A DNA stretch of 61,560 nt, the filler included, from Choristocarpus tenellus KU-1152 (lineage: Eukaryota; Protista; Phaeophyceae), in assembly GCA_964200185.2 (NCBI GenBank). It is 5 parts of 5 records of this genome, joined end to end, with 100 filler letters (N's around TTAATTAATTAA, not from the genome) between each part and the next. Parts side by side here need not be neighbours in the genome. Positions count along the whole stretch, not along the records: positions 1 to 30,514 come from CAXNAD020000090.1; 4 more parts are not named here. One strand, 5' to 3'. This document shows positions 1-15,400 of the stretch, piece by piece. Each line of letters starts with the position of its first letter. Position 1 is the stretch's first letter. The position numbers and the translations under genes were made by a program. The notes under the pieces are model-generated. The model did no database searches. It saw only the letters and a list, made by a program, of their open reading frames with translations, and was not told where the DNA came from.

Positions 1-444
1 GGGGGGTTGGGGGGGTGGACAGAAAGGAATTTGGATATGGATATGGATGAGTACATGGATACTGTAAATGGTGCAAAGCACTCGATTACTTCCAGCATCT
101 TTACAATCAAGTATTCATCAGATCAAACTGCAATCTGTTGTCTATCTCATACAACAAAAGGGGTTGCTTGGGACCTCTCATGTATCTTGAGAGTCAATGA
201 TTGTAAGGGTTGGAGTATTGCAGTTTGCATACCTCTTTTGTAATGATAGTCTTGACATGAACATGCAACAATAATAGTAATAGTAATAAAATCATAATGA
301 CTGTTTCTCAACAGCATTACAATCAATGCAGAAATCAAACCATGGCACTGGAATCACTGCAAAGCAAGGTGATTGCAAACAAGACACACTAAAAAAGACA
401 CCACTCCTACTATTCCTTGAGTAGGAGAGTATAACTATTCTCAC

Positions 445-3400
445 CTGCGCCAGGTCAAGGTATGGCAATGCATCCCTCAGCTTCTGATTGAGAAGTTGCA
501 GCAACTTGAACCGTGCTGCAATTTGTGTTAACCCTTCTTCCCCTGATGTGGCACTCTGCACAGTACCTTCCCCACCTTCACCCTCACTCCCTTTAACTTC
601 CTCAACTCCATCAGGTGGTTCCCCATAAGAACTCAATTCCCCTCTAGTCTGCTCGACCTCCTCTGGGGCTAAAGTCTGTGCACCCCTCCCTCTGTTAACC
701 AGCTCTTTAAGCAGAGGCAAGCGTACAAGCTCATCCTCACCAGGCTCCATGTCCTCCCATGAACATCGAAGCAGTCTTTGTGCATTAAAGCCTTTTCTCT
801 CTACATAAGAATTCACATATCTGGGTAGGGAGGTAAATGATAGTAGACTTTCACTTGTCAGTCGTTCAAATCATGTGGGTTACATGGTCTCTAGAGTATC
901 AGGATGATCAATACCAAGTATGAGATGACAAGGTTTAGGATTGATACCAGTAACACCACAAAACCATTTTCAATATCAATATCAATATTAATGGAAGGAT
1001 GATGGATGAGACAATAGTCACCAATTTAGAATTCAAGGACAACAGTGTGAACCAGCCATTGATATTCTCAACTGTATTACCTTTCAAATATAGACAGCTG
1101 GATAGATGATCAGGAAATTTCTTAGAAAACCTTAGCAGATAATTCCCACAAACCTAATTCAAGAAAACAAGTGACTCCTCATCTGATCCAGCATAGCTGT
1201 TAACATACATGGTCTATCTCGTAAATAGCGACAACGATGACAATTTTCACAAATATTCACAACAGTGAGTATGTGATAACCATATGAATTGACTTCAAAT
1301 AACTAGATCAAAATAAATATACTATCTAGCCTACGGTTTTGTTCAATAACCTCTTACTAACATAAAGTGTGTTTTTGAAATCAAAACACACACAACTGCA
1401 AGTTACAAATTTAAAAATCAACCACAAAATTGTGAAAACACCTCACCTGACCAGATCCAGGTCATGTTGGATGGTAGCCCCTCCATAGAGCTTGGTGAAT
1501 TCCTCAAACTTTGGCTTGAACTCCTTGAGCACAGAGAGAGATTCTAATGGATATGTGGGTAATACCATACACCCCCAACCCTTGCGTGCTATCGTTGGAG
1601 CTGTTGGTGGATCAACTGTGGTGTCCCATGAACAACCACCAACCAGTTCTGCTGTGACACCTGTACAACAAGAACAATTAGGAGTCAAGACAGTCAAAGG
1701 GGTAACACAGTGTATGTGTGTGACTCCAGCACATGGTACCTTGTCTTCTAAGGTGGTTCTATATTGCAATAATCTTGGGTTATATTCTATTATTTGTGAT
1801 CCTTCACAACTAGTGCTACTTCTCTTAGACAAAAAAAAGGCATGTACCACGCAATTAATTAGTAATATTAACAATAGTATGTCACTGTCTTTTTTTCTCC
1901 TACTTAGAAAATAAATGGCACGGCCACTTTGCCCACCTTCATTGAGGCCCCTATTCCTCTGTCGCTCCTGAGTGCTGGATCCCTCTGCTGGAGCCATAAA
2001 TGGGAAATTCACTAAAAGACCATCACTGCCCCTGTCAGGCAGGGTCTATGCAAGCACGACAAAGGAGACATTGGTCACACACAAGAGTGTGCCATAAACA
2101 GGTTTTGGTGTTGGTAACATTAACTGAGTTAATATGACTTGCCCTTAACCTTACCCTTGCCAACTCTGGAGGCGACTGCAGGTGATGAATGCAAGTGGAT
2201 AGGGAACACAGTGCAATACACAAGTACATGCTAAAATTCAACATTCATCACTCTGTTTTCAATATCAATATATCCAACAATGACACATAACTTGTGTGTT
2301 CCAAATGTAGTGGTACATGTAAGGAGGAGGTTTATGTTGTGAGAATATACCTTCCTCCCACTGGCGATTTCGGACACACTTAGGGCACGTGACCAGAGTC
2401 TGAAGTCATGGATGTGACCAGTCATTGTTTCATTTGTTGGCAAGTACCTGCCCAGCTGGAATATACCCTCTTCCAAAACCATGCGAGGACCTGGAAAAGG
2501 CAACCAAGGTATGTTGCATGTTAAGGCTTAAAGAGTCATTTCTACTGAGCAGCATACTATTATACTTGATGCTTGAAGGCAAATGTCTACAAAAAAACTG
2601 ATACACTCTGGGAAACCACTCAGACACACCCAAATTCAATTGCTTTCAAGACACGTTACCAGTTCCCATCCAAGTCTTCTCAGTTACAGTTACATCAAGA
2701 ATATGATCAATGTCAGTGTCAACGCCTGCAACTTTGTTCAATGTTGGATCAATTATGTGCTTGGTTTTCTGCACATGCAACACATCCATATTCAGTGAGC
2801 ACCAAATGGCTAATCAGTACAAGCAGATAAATTACACAAGAAAGCACGCTACCACCTTGAAAGATGGCTGATGCCACCTCACGCCCATCAATGACCAGCC
2901 TTGCCATATTGCTAACCATAACCAAGGCCAAGTGAGTCCATTGGTTGGGAATAATCATCCCTCCACTGAAACTCAGGCCAGGAACACCCAGTGTGGTTGT
3001 ATCCATGTGTATTTGAACCAATGCCCCTGAAGAATCTTCACAGATGTCATGGAGTTCACGGGTGTGTGGGAGAGGTCAATGGACATGATGTCATGTGAGA
3101 GACAGTAATTTGTTTGTCATGTTCTATACCACTGTAATGATGGGGTGAGTATTGTGTGACCAAACAGTATGTGATCCAAATACGTCAAGTTCCATCATCA
3201 AACATGAGACGTTCCACTTGCTCCCTTCCCATTTCCAATTGAGCATGTGATGTCTGAACAAGAAGCACTGATGTAGGCAGGGAAATGTATTCATGTATTC
3301 ATGTAGTATTGTTGTAGGAAGAAGGATGTATAATTACTTCAACTTGAGGTCTGATCAGAAATTCCTTGTAATAGGCAGAGGACAAATTTCGCACCACCAA

Positions 3401-6400
3401 CGAGGGCTAGCATGCAGAATGCTTAAACCCACATGAATGACAAACATCCTGGGACATATTTTTCTTGCATGAGGTAAACAACATACAATCTTTCAACCTC
3501 ACCTGGCATTAAAAAGGCGATCACACATATCTGGAGTAGTCCTGCCATCACCCCTCTACTCAAGATGGGCTGTCTCCGAGCTTCTATTGGCATCCTATCA
3601 ACCTGTACATAGCAAATACCATTGAGCACCATTGGGAGCAAATATTGGCGTAAGCATCATTCTCGCTGCCTCATTGTAAGAGGTACTCCTTAAAAATTTT
3701 AATTCATAAAGTAAATAAACACAACAATATGCCCAACTACAATATGTCTACCAACAATGTCAAACAACAATGCGACTACCAACAATATATCTAACAACAA
3801 TATTTCAAACAATATGACACAGTGTAAAAACAAAATTCCTAAACCTCCAAGCTTCCAATACTCACCTCCAATCGGACCCACATCTCAATGGTGAAGTCAC
3901 CATTAAATCCACCAAGCACAATTGGCAATTCACCATCCATAGGAGGCACAGTGGGCGATTGGACCAGTACATGCCCTCCATTACACAGCCTCAACCCACC
4001 ATTCCAGATACCTGTACTTTGCTGCCGGAGCAGTGTTGGAGAGGCAGGTTCCACTGACAGAAAAGATCAATTCAAGGGTGAGGGGTAGGTCAGAGAGTCA
4101 AGCGTGGCAGCAATGCATCATATGGAAGAAAAATTTGAAGTGTTAAAAATGACCCCATTTGATCTCCTTCATCTATACTTCTGATAAGGCTATTATGCGG
4201 CTCTTTGATCCTTCATCTTACAGTCTTATGTTTCACCACCTAAAGGGTTTTGCCAACCATTACATATTAAACAGAGAGCCCTGATCTGCACTAGTAACAC
4301 TCAACATGTCAAGATCTTCTCATGATCCCAATGATTCCTTGTAATGCCCCACAATCAACATGTTGTAAATCTCTATGACGCATAAACTAGTATCTATGTC
4401 TGCCTGCCTGTCTGTCTGCCTCTGTCTGAATATATGTATGACAATGGCAACAAAAACGGAAAAACATAATGCAATGGTGAGAACACACCTGTAATGGTGA
4501 GAGTGTCTCCATAGACCAGAACAGACTTGGTAGATTTGTCACCTTCCCCCACCACCAACAGATCATAGGCACCCTCGTAGTCCCACCTGATGATAGGAGA
4601 GATAATATCAAAGTTCAAGAAAGAGATGATCAAAGATTTAATAATATCAAAGTTCAACAAGAAAAAGAAAGTGTTAAGCGTCAGTAGCAAAGGAGTGTCC
4701 CCCAAAACAGATACCATACCATAAAGTACAACAACATATCACACCACACGCTATGGCTATTAATAGCTTAACATGTACTAACTACTAATAATACCAATGT
4801 ACCTGGAGCACTTTAAAATGCACGGAGTTGTGGTGTTTGTAGCATCAACTCTAGTTCAACACTGCTTAAAACTTCTTTGTCCTTCCTCTTATCTAATTTG
4901 AAAACAATACAAATTACATTGCATACTTTAGACAAAGGCAACAATACCATACCCCTTCCCAATTCTCCCCTAAGCCCCATACGTAAGCATGCTGTGAGGT
5001 AATAAGTATATGAATAAAATACTTCAGTGTGAGAGACAGTAGTAGGAAGTGGACCTAACTAAGTGTGACTAACAATGTCTCACTTATAAAGGTCCGCTTT
5101 ATTGGTCTCCTCCCAGTGCACCTTGATGCCTGCACGTGGCTTGCCCTTCCACGCCTTAATCTGTTGGTTGGGCATCCAAGTCACCCACATAAAAAGATGC
5201 ATGTGTAAGAAAGTCAATGCAAGACATGTAACAGAAGATAAAACAACTGCATCTACTGTCAACTGTTCCTGTGACTCAATGAGATAAATTTCCTGCGAAA
5301 GAAAGGTAGCACAAAAGTGTATGCACATACTATTGTTACTATATTAGAGTACTGTACAGAGTACTTCAAAAGTGATAACTAAAAGGTTTGTTCGGAGTAC
5401 CACCTGAAAGACATATTTTGACAGTATCCACATCATTTACAAAAAAATCCAATGCTTCCTTCCATCAGAAACAAATAAATCATACAAGTAAGTTATAAAG
5501 TGATCAACAGGTAAGATACACATCTCAACAGAACCTCTTACAGATGAAATACAGACAATTAGACAGGTCTACTCTTTCATCCCCCTCAATAACCTTCCTT
5601 TCACTCACCTCCACCACTACACCATAACCCCCTGGCCCCCCATCTTTATCCCCCCAGTCCCAGCTTGGGCCTCGCACAACCCTGTCCCCTATGGACAGCC
5701 CCATGGAACTAGTGGCAGCACAAGGTGGATCCGTCCCGCCCTCAAGTCCCACCAGAATCCTTCCCTGGAGAACAGAGCGTAGTTGAGCCAGGGGCAGAGG
5801 GTAATGGACAGGTGAGATTTGTGTAAGACTAAGGACTAAGAAGGACTTGGTTCTATTGTTGTGTCTATTGCACTCTAGTCATGCAGTGGAACTACTTGGA
5901 AGAATATCCCACCAAGATAGATAAACCTGTTCAAGGGTGGTATTTTGCTGCAAATGTTACTTCAATGTCAAACTACTATGGGGGCATTAAATATTCCATA
6001 CAGTACAAAAATATATAAATACATGCCATGTACCTCATGGTCTGGTTCACTCCCCCTGATGTGAATGCTATCCTTATGACCTATGAAGGTCTGCTTATCA
6101 AAGCATACCTGTGCAAAAGAGGGCATTGAGTGCAGTTGCAAGAGGGGCGTGGCAGGTACATTAGCACTTCGCTGGGTTCACAGCATACTATTCGACCGTC
6201 AATCCATTTTATCCTGTATTGTGGTGTCTTGGCACTTTCAGTACAAACAAAACAGGAAACATGACCAAAACACCTTTGTTTTTCAGTCATCTTCGGATTG
6301 CCATGACCTTCATCTTACCTCCAAAGAAGAGGCCCCTGGTATAGTTACCGACCTCTCACAGCGCAAAGTGCCCAGAGGGTGCCACTCAATGATTTGTGAC

Positions 6401-9400
6401 ATTTGCTGTTGGCACTGTCACCAAATGTAGCCCGTCATGAACATTCAATCAACATTCAATCAACACGCAAGGAGATAAGGTAAGAGGGTTAAGGTAAGAG
6501 GGCTAAGGTACACCAATCACTCATCACACTAACTTACACAAATTATACAACTCTATCTAGCATGCAAACAAGAACTACACCAACAGTAACACATTAAGTG
6601 GAAACAACATTCACAAGTTCTTTAAAGTCCAATTTTGAGGCACACCTCACCCACAAGCGAAATATATGTAACCTTACTTGTTATCTTACCCCTTTTTCAG
6701 GTTTGTTAAAAGGTGTGTTTGCAGCTGTCGTCTGCTTATGCAATACAATGCAGGAAACTCTGCTGCAGGATAAGGTTGGCAGAGGCTATCACTGGCATCT
6801 ACCAACAAGAGTACCTAAATGCTACCATCTAAATTGTACTTAGTAGTACAGTGGGACACCCCCCTCCCAGATACTTTGACCCAACACTATATCGCCAATA
6901 TCAAGAATCACAATGGGCTTGGGCTAACCTGTGGCAGGAACTCTGTGGCCAATAAGGTAAGTGGCACTTCCCTTTTCCCAAGCGCTGTTAGCAGCTCCAG
7001 GCTTTGCTTGACATTCTCAAACCACCCTGTACTCCTGTTCCCACTCATGGCTGCTCCAGCATTGCCTCTCGTGGGGCGAGGAGCTACCAACTCCACTTCA
7101 TCCCCCGTTTCAGCCAGTATCACCAATGGGTGCAAGGTAGTCTTACCGGTCCAGTTGAATAAATCCTTGACGACAACAGATGCTTCTGACCCATATGGTC
7201 CCAATGCCAGCCCAACCACTGCCTGATGAGTACCAAGAATCGCAGGTCTTAGTTCATGCACACGATTAGGACACTTGTATATCACACTCTTTTACGACTC
7301 AATAAATGCTGGTTTGTGCTCTTGGATAAAGTAGTAAGAGTGGTACCAGAGTGGTTCAAATGACAGAAAAACTAATACTAAACACTTACAAAACAAATTC
7401 TAACCAACCTGGTTCCTGTACAAAACTATTGTCCTTTGGAATGTGTCCACCACCACAGAGATAATGTCACCAGTTCGGAACTTAGGTCCAAAACACGCAG
7501 GACTAGATCCCTTCACCTGAAATAATTATGCATTGGGGCATGCCAGATATCAAGGCATCAGAGGATAAGCTGAGGAAGAGGTAAGAGGGGAATTCGGTCC
7601 TTGACAATCAACAACATAGATGTTCTATTCAAAAAAGTCATTCCACAAATCAAAGAGAAGGAAAAAAATGTAACATTTCATATGCAGATGTAATGCTCGT
7701 GACTATTCCACCTACTTGGGCTGACATAGATCGTCCATGTACCTGCAGACTTTGCATGCTATTCCATGTCATCCACCATCCAGCCTCACCAGGCCTCTCT
7801 TGGCCCTCAATGACAGCCCCTATACCCACTGCCATAGGAGTGCGTGAAGAGATTGCCCTCACATAAATATCCCATCTGTAACAGGATGTGCACATGTTGA
7901 AAGCTCTTTAAAAACAGGCGACATTGATAGTAATAATGTAACTACTGATGTCAGTGGTGTTTTGGTCCGTAAGTTGGACAGCAAAATGAAATGTTTGATA
8001 TCTACATCTCCAGATTGGTTCAATTTAGCGATCATCTGGATTACCCAATACTCAATGATTGTATTATTCTATGGATACTCTACCAACTCCTGTGATAGGC
8101 AGTTATGTGGGCCTAATCACCTAATCGTATTCATGATGCAAGCAATTCCGTTGTACTCATCCTACATAGCGTACAAAAGGAGGACATTTAGTTGTACACA
8201 ACAAAAACAAGACCTATACAATAAACCTTTCACTTTTCACTTTCCACTCTTCTCTTCCCCCACCACTTTACATCAAGACCACATGTAAGGAACACAAATC
8301 AACAGGAAAGGCTCTTTGAGGTCTGTCACTATGGTTGCAATACTTCTGACTGGATCAGATGGTTGTTTTCTACTCTCAACCTGTACAAACAATACCTCCA
8401 ACAGGACAGAGTTGGATTTGCTGCTATTGTTCTTGAGTCAAGAATCATCAACTAACCACCCTAGATGAGTCAGGACAAGTACCCTGTGCTCCAACTAATG
8501 AAAAAATTGAAGTAGGAGTAATATTTTGAGTACAAGTATTCATATTTTTTGAAGTACAACACATGACACTAAAATATGTGCAAACATTATCATACGTTCT
8601 GACTGTACCAACAGCATGCCTAGCGAAGTATTTTGAAAGGGTCTGTACGTCATGCCTTTTCTATCTCAGTCAAAATCAACAATGTGTTCAAAACATCCTA
8701 ACACACTTCAACACTTTCTTTATCGATTCCCAGTTCCATTCTACACTTAACACTCTCTTCATGACATGCAGCTTGCCCCACCTCACCTCACAATCCCAGC
8801 CCATATGTCATAACCAGGGTTGGCAATGACCATGGTTGGGTCATCTGAACGATCAATACCTGCCTTCCTCAGACCCCGACGTCCTTTGATAGACTCAAGG
8901 CACTTTCCTTGAGGCAATTGTGCTGTTTCTGGCCACTTTGGTTTACCCTGCTCATCTTCCGAAGAAGGTGCACGCATTGGGTTGAATGTCCCCTTAGGAC
9001 CTGAGAAGAGCATTGACAGGAGTTGTACGGCATAAAACAGTGTGATTAGTGCAATGATTCACACATCAACAAGTTTGTATCAACTAAAAACTTCGAAGTA
9101 TCATTGACTGAGGACATTAACGACATGGACTACACAAAAGCACACTCACATTGCTGCTTGTAGGTTAGCACAAAAAATGTATGGAGAAATTTGAAAAAAC
9201 AAAAGCCAAAGAATGTAGTGATACTTTCATCTGAGTGGAGTTGAAAGCTCAAATAACTCAAAGGACACACCTGAAGTAGACCATGTATATATTGTACAAG
9301 ATTATGTGTCCACTAAACAAGTGCTAAGGACCAAAACTCAAAATGACACCACACCACAGGGTTGAATACCTTGGATACCCTCAATACTCTTCCTGCCAGT

Positions 9401-12400
9401 CCTGTCGACCCTCTTCAAGCACTGATCAGCCACCACAAACGCCTGAGCAGTAATAACAAATGTGTCCATCATTCATCATTCGACATTCAATACACAGTTT
9501 ACACGAAGTTCGTCAATATGGACAGATTAGACTATTGCACTTGTCGCTGTAGTAAACAGACACCAGAAAAGGGCCAAACATGACTCTTACAAAAAAATGT
9601 GACTGCCTTGGTTAAGGCATTAATCAACAAAACCCCTTCTGAAAGAAAACAAACTTCACACAGAAGTCACATTCTTGCGCACATATTTCATGTTTGAACA
9701 CACTATTGTAGCTTATCAGCACCACATCCACCCTCCCCCTTTGCCTCATCACTTAAGACTACAATGCCAATCCAATTATGTTATGGTATGGACAGAGAGT
9801 ATCTAACGTGTTTGATCTCACACTATCGCAAACACAAAATCGCAGGCAGATGTAACCCATCACTTCTTGATCTATTCAACATATAGGAAATAAAACACAC
9901 GAAGCCCTTCCAGGTAATGCAACTATCACACACCCTAAAACTGATATTGCCTATTCATCTCCCAGAAAACACCCCAACCTAACCCTCTGCCATGGACTAC
10001 ATAAAATAATCAAAGTACAAGCACCATAAAATCTTGCCTGCACAAGGGCTTGCAGCAGTGGACTTCTGGCAGAGACCCCCCTGGCCTCTTCCTCCTTGGC
10101 CTGCTTGACAGTCAATTCATTGATGGTCATTACGAGGTCCTTCACTTCTGTCAGAATGCCACCGCTATTGGAAGCACCCTTGGGTGACAAGGACGACCTT
10201 CCAAACTCCAGGGATTGTTCCTGATTGCGGGATTATGTGCTTAGGTTAGTGAGATACATGTAAGATGATAGTAACAGGTGTACTATGCACTGGTGATTGA
10301 TAAGTGTTCTGGTGTTCTCCAATAAGGTTATCATCACTGCAGGTCTCCACATATACAAATACAAGATATATCAGGAGGAAGAAAACATTGATGAGCTATG
10401 CAACAAAATTGTTACCTTGATGAAGTAGGGGATGTGCCTGGTCACTCAAAACATTGGGGCACATTTGAACCATAGAACGGTGGAGCAAAATGACATCGAA
10501 ACTGACACAGCTGACACAGCTGACACAGCTGCATGTGAAAGACATAACCAATTCTTATAGCACAAGGAAGTGTGTTTGAGAGTTACTTCATAAAACAAGC
10601 ATCTAGTATCTCCATTGCTCTATAATACTACAGTGAGTTTTTATTAATAAGATTGATTGAGATCTAGAACATTCCTGAAGAGCAACAGCACATGCCAACC
10701 TTTTGTTTTCAGTATACAAACATGTATACAATAACACCATCAACAACAGAAACACTCACTGAAAACAGGTGATATGTCTCACCTTGCTCTTCCCAATGTC
10801 CTGAAGAATGGCAGTCAAGAGATGCACCACCCAAATCTTATCCTCCTTCCGTGCAGATTCCAAATAACTGATCACCGTGAAGTGCCACACATACAACATA
10901 CATCATCACTATGTCAGGAAACTTCCCATAGAAATAGAAATTCAAGATGGAAAGGTGAGATCACCAACTCTCCTGTCCTTGTAGATAAGTTACAGTACAC
11001 ATTTTTTTGTTCAGTGAAGCAGTGCACTACATGATCTTGGAAATTTGTCAGGAAAAATACTTGTCTACTCTCAATGATATACGTGATACTTGATGCCTTG
11101 CCCTGCAAAGTGTAGATATTGTCCCAACACAATGCTGGAAGATGCTGGAAGCAAGAGGTATGAGGTAAGGAACCATTTGGTAATCCAGTAAAATGATGCA
11201 TTGCAGCAATCTGACCTACATTTGAACAAAAGCATGCATATCCAGAAAAAGAGTGGCAAATTACAAGAAAAACCAATAGTGAAGCACACTTCATGTGGAC
11301 AGGTATGTGTCAAATGTCACAAACACTTGCTTCTACTAGTGTTCCGACACAAGACACTACTGCTGCAGATGAACTGATAGAAACTAGGTGAAACATTCAC
11401 CTTCTGAGGGTTTGCATTGTAGAGAGGCGATGGAGGGTTGCAACTATGCGCGGATCAGTCTCCTTGGCAAGTGTCTCCATTATCCAGCAGGCGAGCTCTG
11501 TTTCAGGATGACCAACCTCTTTGGTTTGGGCTTTGAGCTCTTGTACATCTTCTGCCGATGGTTCCTAATCAGCAAACAATGGTACATTTGTACAATAGCA
11601 TTCAGCGAGTGATTACTGTGTTGTTGAGAGCTATGGCTTAGACTTACAAAGCAGTCACAAAGAGAAGATGTATCATGCAAAGATATGGTATCATTAGCAG
11701 TCACCTATAAGAGGCAACACAATCCAATGGAACTGACAAGTATGACATATGCACAGTGCAAGGGTAAAAATGAAGTACGATCACCTCTAAACTTGGTTAC
11801 AAACCATTATTCCTAATATTACGTCCCTAATATTATTGCATTGACTCATGTTTTCTTCCTCATTTTGCCACAAATCAATCAATATAACAAAGTCCCACTT
11901 TGAGACAACCAGAAAAAAGGAAAGTCAGGCAATAGGGTGTGCCAAGATCAAAATAGCCAGGCATGTCTTGAAGTGGATAGATACCTCATACCAAGGGGGG
12001 TCAGAACTCTCTTGATGACTTGTGAAGCAATATTTAGTGGAATACACATTTGTGCATGCTAATCCACTCACTATGATTTTCTTTTGACTTTTATTAGTCA
12101 TTACACACCCCAATTCCACCTTATGACATGTTAAGATCTCACAGTTCAACTGTATGCCTAGGGAAGACTTTCCACATGAAGGTGAATTGGCAAAAAGGTG
12201 AGTGAATTGAGGGTGACAAGGTTACCCTCAAGTCGGATCTCAACTGCACCATACCATTATTACTACTATTACTACTATTACTACTATTACAACATATCAT
12301 ACAGCAAAGGAAACAAGACACACACTTCAGTTCACACACAGAGTTTACCCTCATCTTTCCTGTGAAAGATATCTGACCTGCATGATACCATAAGCGTAAA

Positions 12401-15400
12401 GCTTGGCTCCCCAGAAACTGTTAGATTGATCCGAGTGGAAGTGCACAATGAAGCTATCCGCCTGTAGGTGTAGGTCAATAACAAGCATGTACCACATCAT
12501 CAATGAGCAAGGAGCCTTTTCTCACTAAAAAACACAACACCAAAGAGAAAAATAAATAAAAGTGTCCTATGCAGACCATGCCCCAACACAACAGTCTTTA
12601 ATTCTCTTGACTGCACGAGTTCGCCAGCTAACTGTCGGAAATGCATGCTGCTGAAACATGCCATCACATGTTAGCTGTGGTAATCAAGTGTATCGCAATA
12701 GTTCCCCATTTCAGGTGTGACTTCCTGTACCTGGGCCTACTGAGAGAAGTGATAAGGAATGAGAGGTGCTCAATAAACAATTATGCCTCACCAAGACCTC
12801 CAGTGGGGGCTGACCATCCACGCCTGCCCATATCTTCCCATTTGTGCTCTCCCCTGCCCCACCATGATATTTTTGCTCTCCCCAATAGGCAATCCGACTT
12901 GCATCTGGAAATGAGAACATGGGTCGAGAATTGCTCAACTCAGACATGGCAATTGCATTGGCGACTTCAACCACATCCTTGATACAACCATTATCCTTGA
13001 TACAACCATTATCCTTGATACAACCATTATCCTTGATACAACCATTATCCTTGATACAACCATTATCCTTGATACAACCATTATCCTTGATACAACCATT
13101 ATCCTTGATACAACCACTATCCTTGATACAACCACTGTAGACCACAAGGTGATCACTTCACTCTTCATCATTTATACAGACTCATCAGGTCAACAGGGTA
13201 AATGCTGTGTGCAAAAACCTCCACTTTTACATATTCTCAACATGATTTTGACAGTTACAGCAACTACTCCTTATTATAATGATATCTGCAGGAGAGCATG
13301 GTGAACTAATGACAAGGTCAGCATCTATAGGACAGGGATCAAAGTTCTTACCCTTATACAGGCGTACATAGTCTGTCCCAAACTCTGTTGCACATTTATT
13401 ATCGAAGATCACTCTGATGCGCTTAGCCCCAGGAATGGACACCTATTTGTCAAGACCCCATTAAAAACAAAGGGCAGAGGTCAAACTAGGCATTTGTAAA
13501 GATAATGGGTATCATATCTTGTAAGACAGTCATGGAAGTTATTAAATCAATTGATAGATTCAGAGCTGCTTTGAAGACAAACAAGGACAATAATACAATT
13601 TCCAATACAAAAAATAACAGCAACCTGTAAAGCAGGAAAGTAACCTCATTGTGGCATTCACTACATTCAAAACAAAATTCAATTTCAATCCCAATTTACC
13701 GTATAGTCGGTGTCCCTACCACCCTCGTAGTTATGTGGGGTTTCCCAGGCCCTCAGCACTGCTTTGGTCGGTGGTAGAACTCCCATTAAGCTCACTGAAA
13801 ATTGTAGCTGGAATAACAATATATATATATATATATTAAAACAAAACATATGCATTAAGGGCAATGTGACAATGTGTGCTTGTCAGATTAAATATCAACA
13901 TCTATCTAGCATCAGATGTATGAATTAAAAAATGGAAAACACATTACAGCAGGAGTGATACCATGTAAGACTTGAGCTTTGTATCACTGGACATGGGGAA
14001 TTTCCTATTCCATGCCAGCATTCACCTGATACAGGGAGTATGCAATGAGATAGTCTGGTAGGGTATGGTCTTCTCCCTTAAAGCATCCCTTCCTTCGTGC
14101 ACTCTCAAGTATGACCCCCTTCAGGACCTACCACACAAGATTGCAAGACAGGTGTGTTGAGGTTACCTCACATTAACCAAGTCATTGGAGGCAAGGTCTC
14201 TTCTGCCCATGTAAGGCCACATTGATACTGTACCTGCTACCTGGCTGCATACAAAAGAGGTACAACACGAAAGAGGTGTAACATCAGCACTACTGCACTG
14301 TACTAGTATAAGTGAGGAATGGTTTTGATCATACCACAGCTCTATGGGAAATGAAGATGACAAAATGTTCGAGTGCAGAGGTAACCATTTCAAGGGACAA
14401 GGTAACAGGATCACATCAACACAACTAATCCAGGCAAAACATCTTTCCAGTTTATGGTGTTCAAACAAATATGAAAGGATGATGCAAACTCAAACAGTAC
14501 CGGAGTAGTGACACTAAACACATTTGCATATCCCACACTGGTAAAAAAAGCAAACAAAATATCTACAATGTTATATGTAGCATACCTCAAGAGCATTCCT
14601 CTCTGCCTCATCATCATTGTTTCTCTTTTCATTGAATGCCTTTCTGAGAAGAAGTATAAACCTGACACCAAGAAGCAAGGCATGGACAAAGGCAGTGCAA
14701 TTAGTGGCAGTAAAACAGCTAGTTCCAGTACGTTATAGGGTATGAGAGGTAATGCAGTGTGTAGTGTCTCTGACCGCAGGATAGTCCCAGTGCACCTTTA
14801 GTGAAGGTCATGAAGAGCATACAATACAATACAAAAAAATTATAATGTAATGTTCAATACAGGTTTTGAGAGTATTCAAAGGCCCACCAATAAAAGCATC
14901 CCTCTCCACATAAGTGCTCTCAGCCAGTATTACCCGAGCAAAAAAACAATTTCTTATGATTATTGTTGGAACATACGAAAGATCTGTTTCACAGGGCAAG
15001 ACTTACATTTCAGGACCAAAAAGGTCCAAGCTAGACAGAGAAATGTTGTCAACCCCGAGACCTGTGGATGGCCAACCTGCCAGCAGCAGAGTCAGAGCCT
15101 ATAAAGAAAATAAAGAAAATAAACATGACAAGGACCAAAAAGAAGGGAGGGAAGGAGAACAGAAGGGTCCTGTATGAATGGGACAAAAAGATCATATTTT
15201 GCACATGGTGAGTTTTTGGTTGAGGTTGAGGGTGAGGGTGCATGCCTGCCTTCTGTCTACTGCTTAAGACCAAGTTTCCAGTAGACTCTGTCTTAGCTGG
15301 GGTCAAAGTTATGGATGAGTGACATAGATTTAGTGAGAGATGATAAGGTGAAGGGGTTTTTTGTTCTTTCCAGGTAAGGGCATCACATTGACCAAACCTA

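Noticed and set aside
10416-10501. Possible extra E3 exon with AG/GT borders
   Set aside because: Its phases are incompatible with the neighbours; 10783 joins 10220 directly in phase 0.
12919-13171. Repeat-protein ORFs (CIKDNG/SLIQPL; also KSQV, LKIANM, ASKVYDLF, QAINLTL)
   Set aside because: Translations of intronic minisatellites; the spliced genes are in frame without them.
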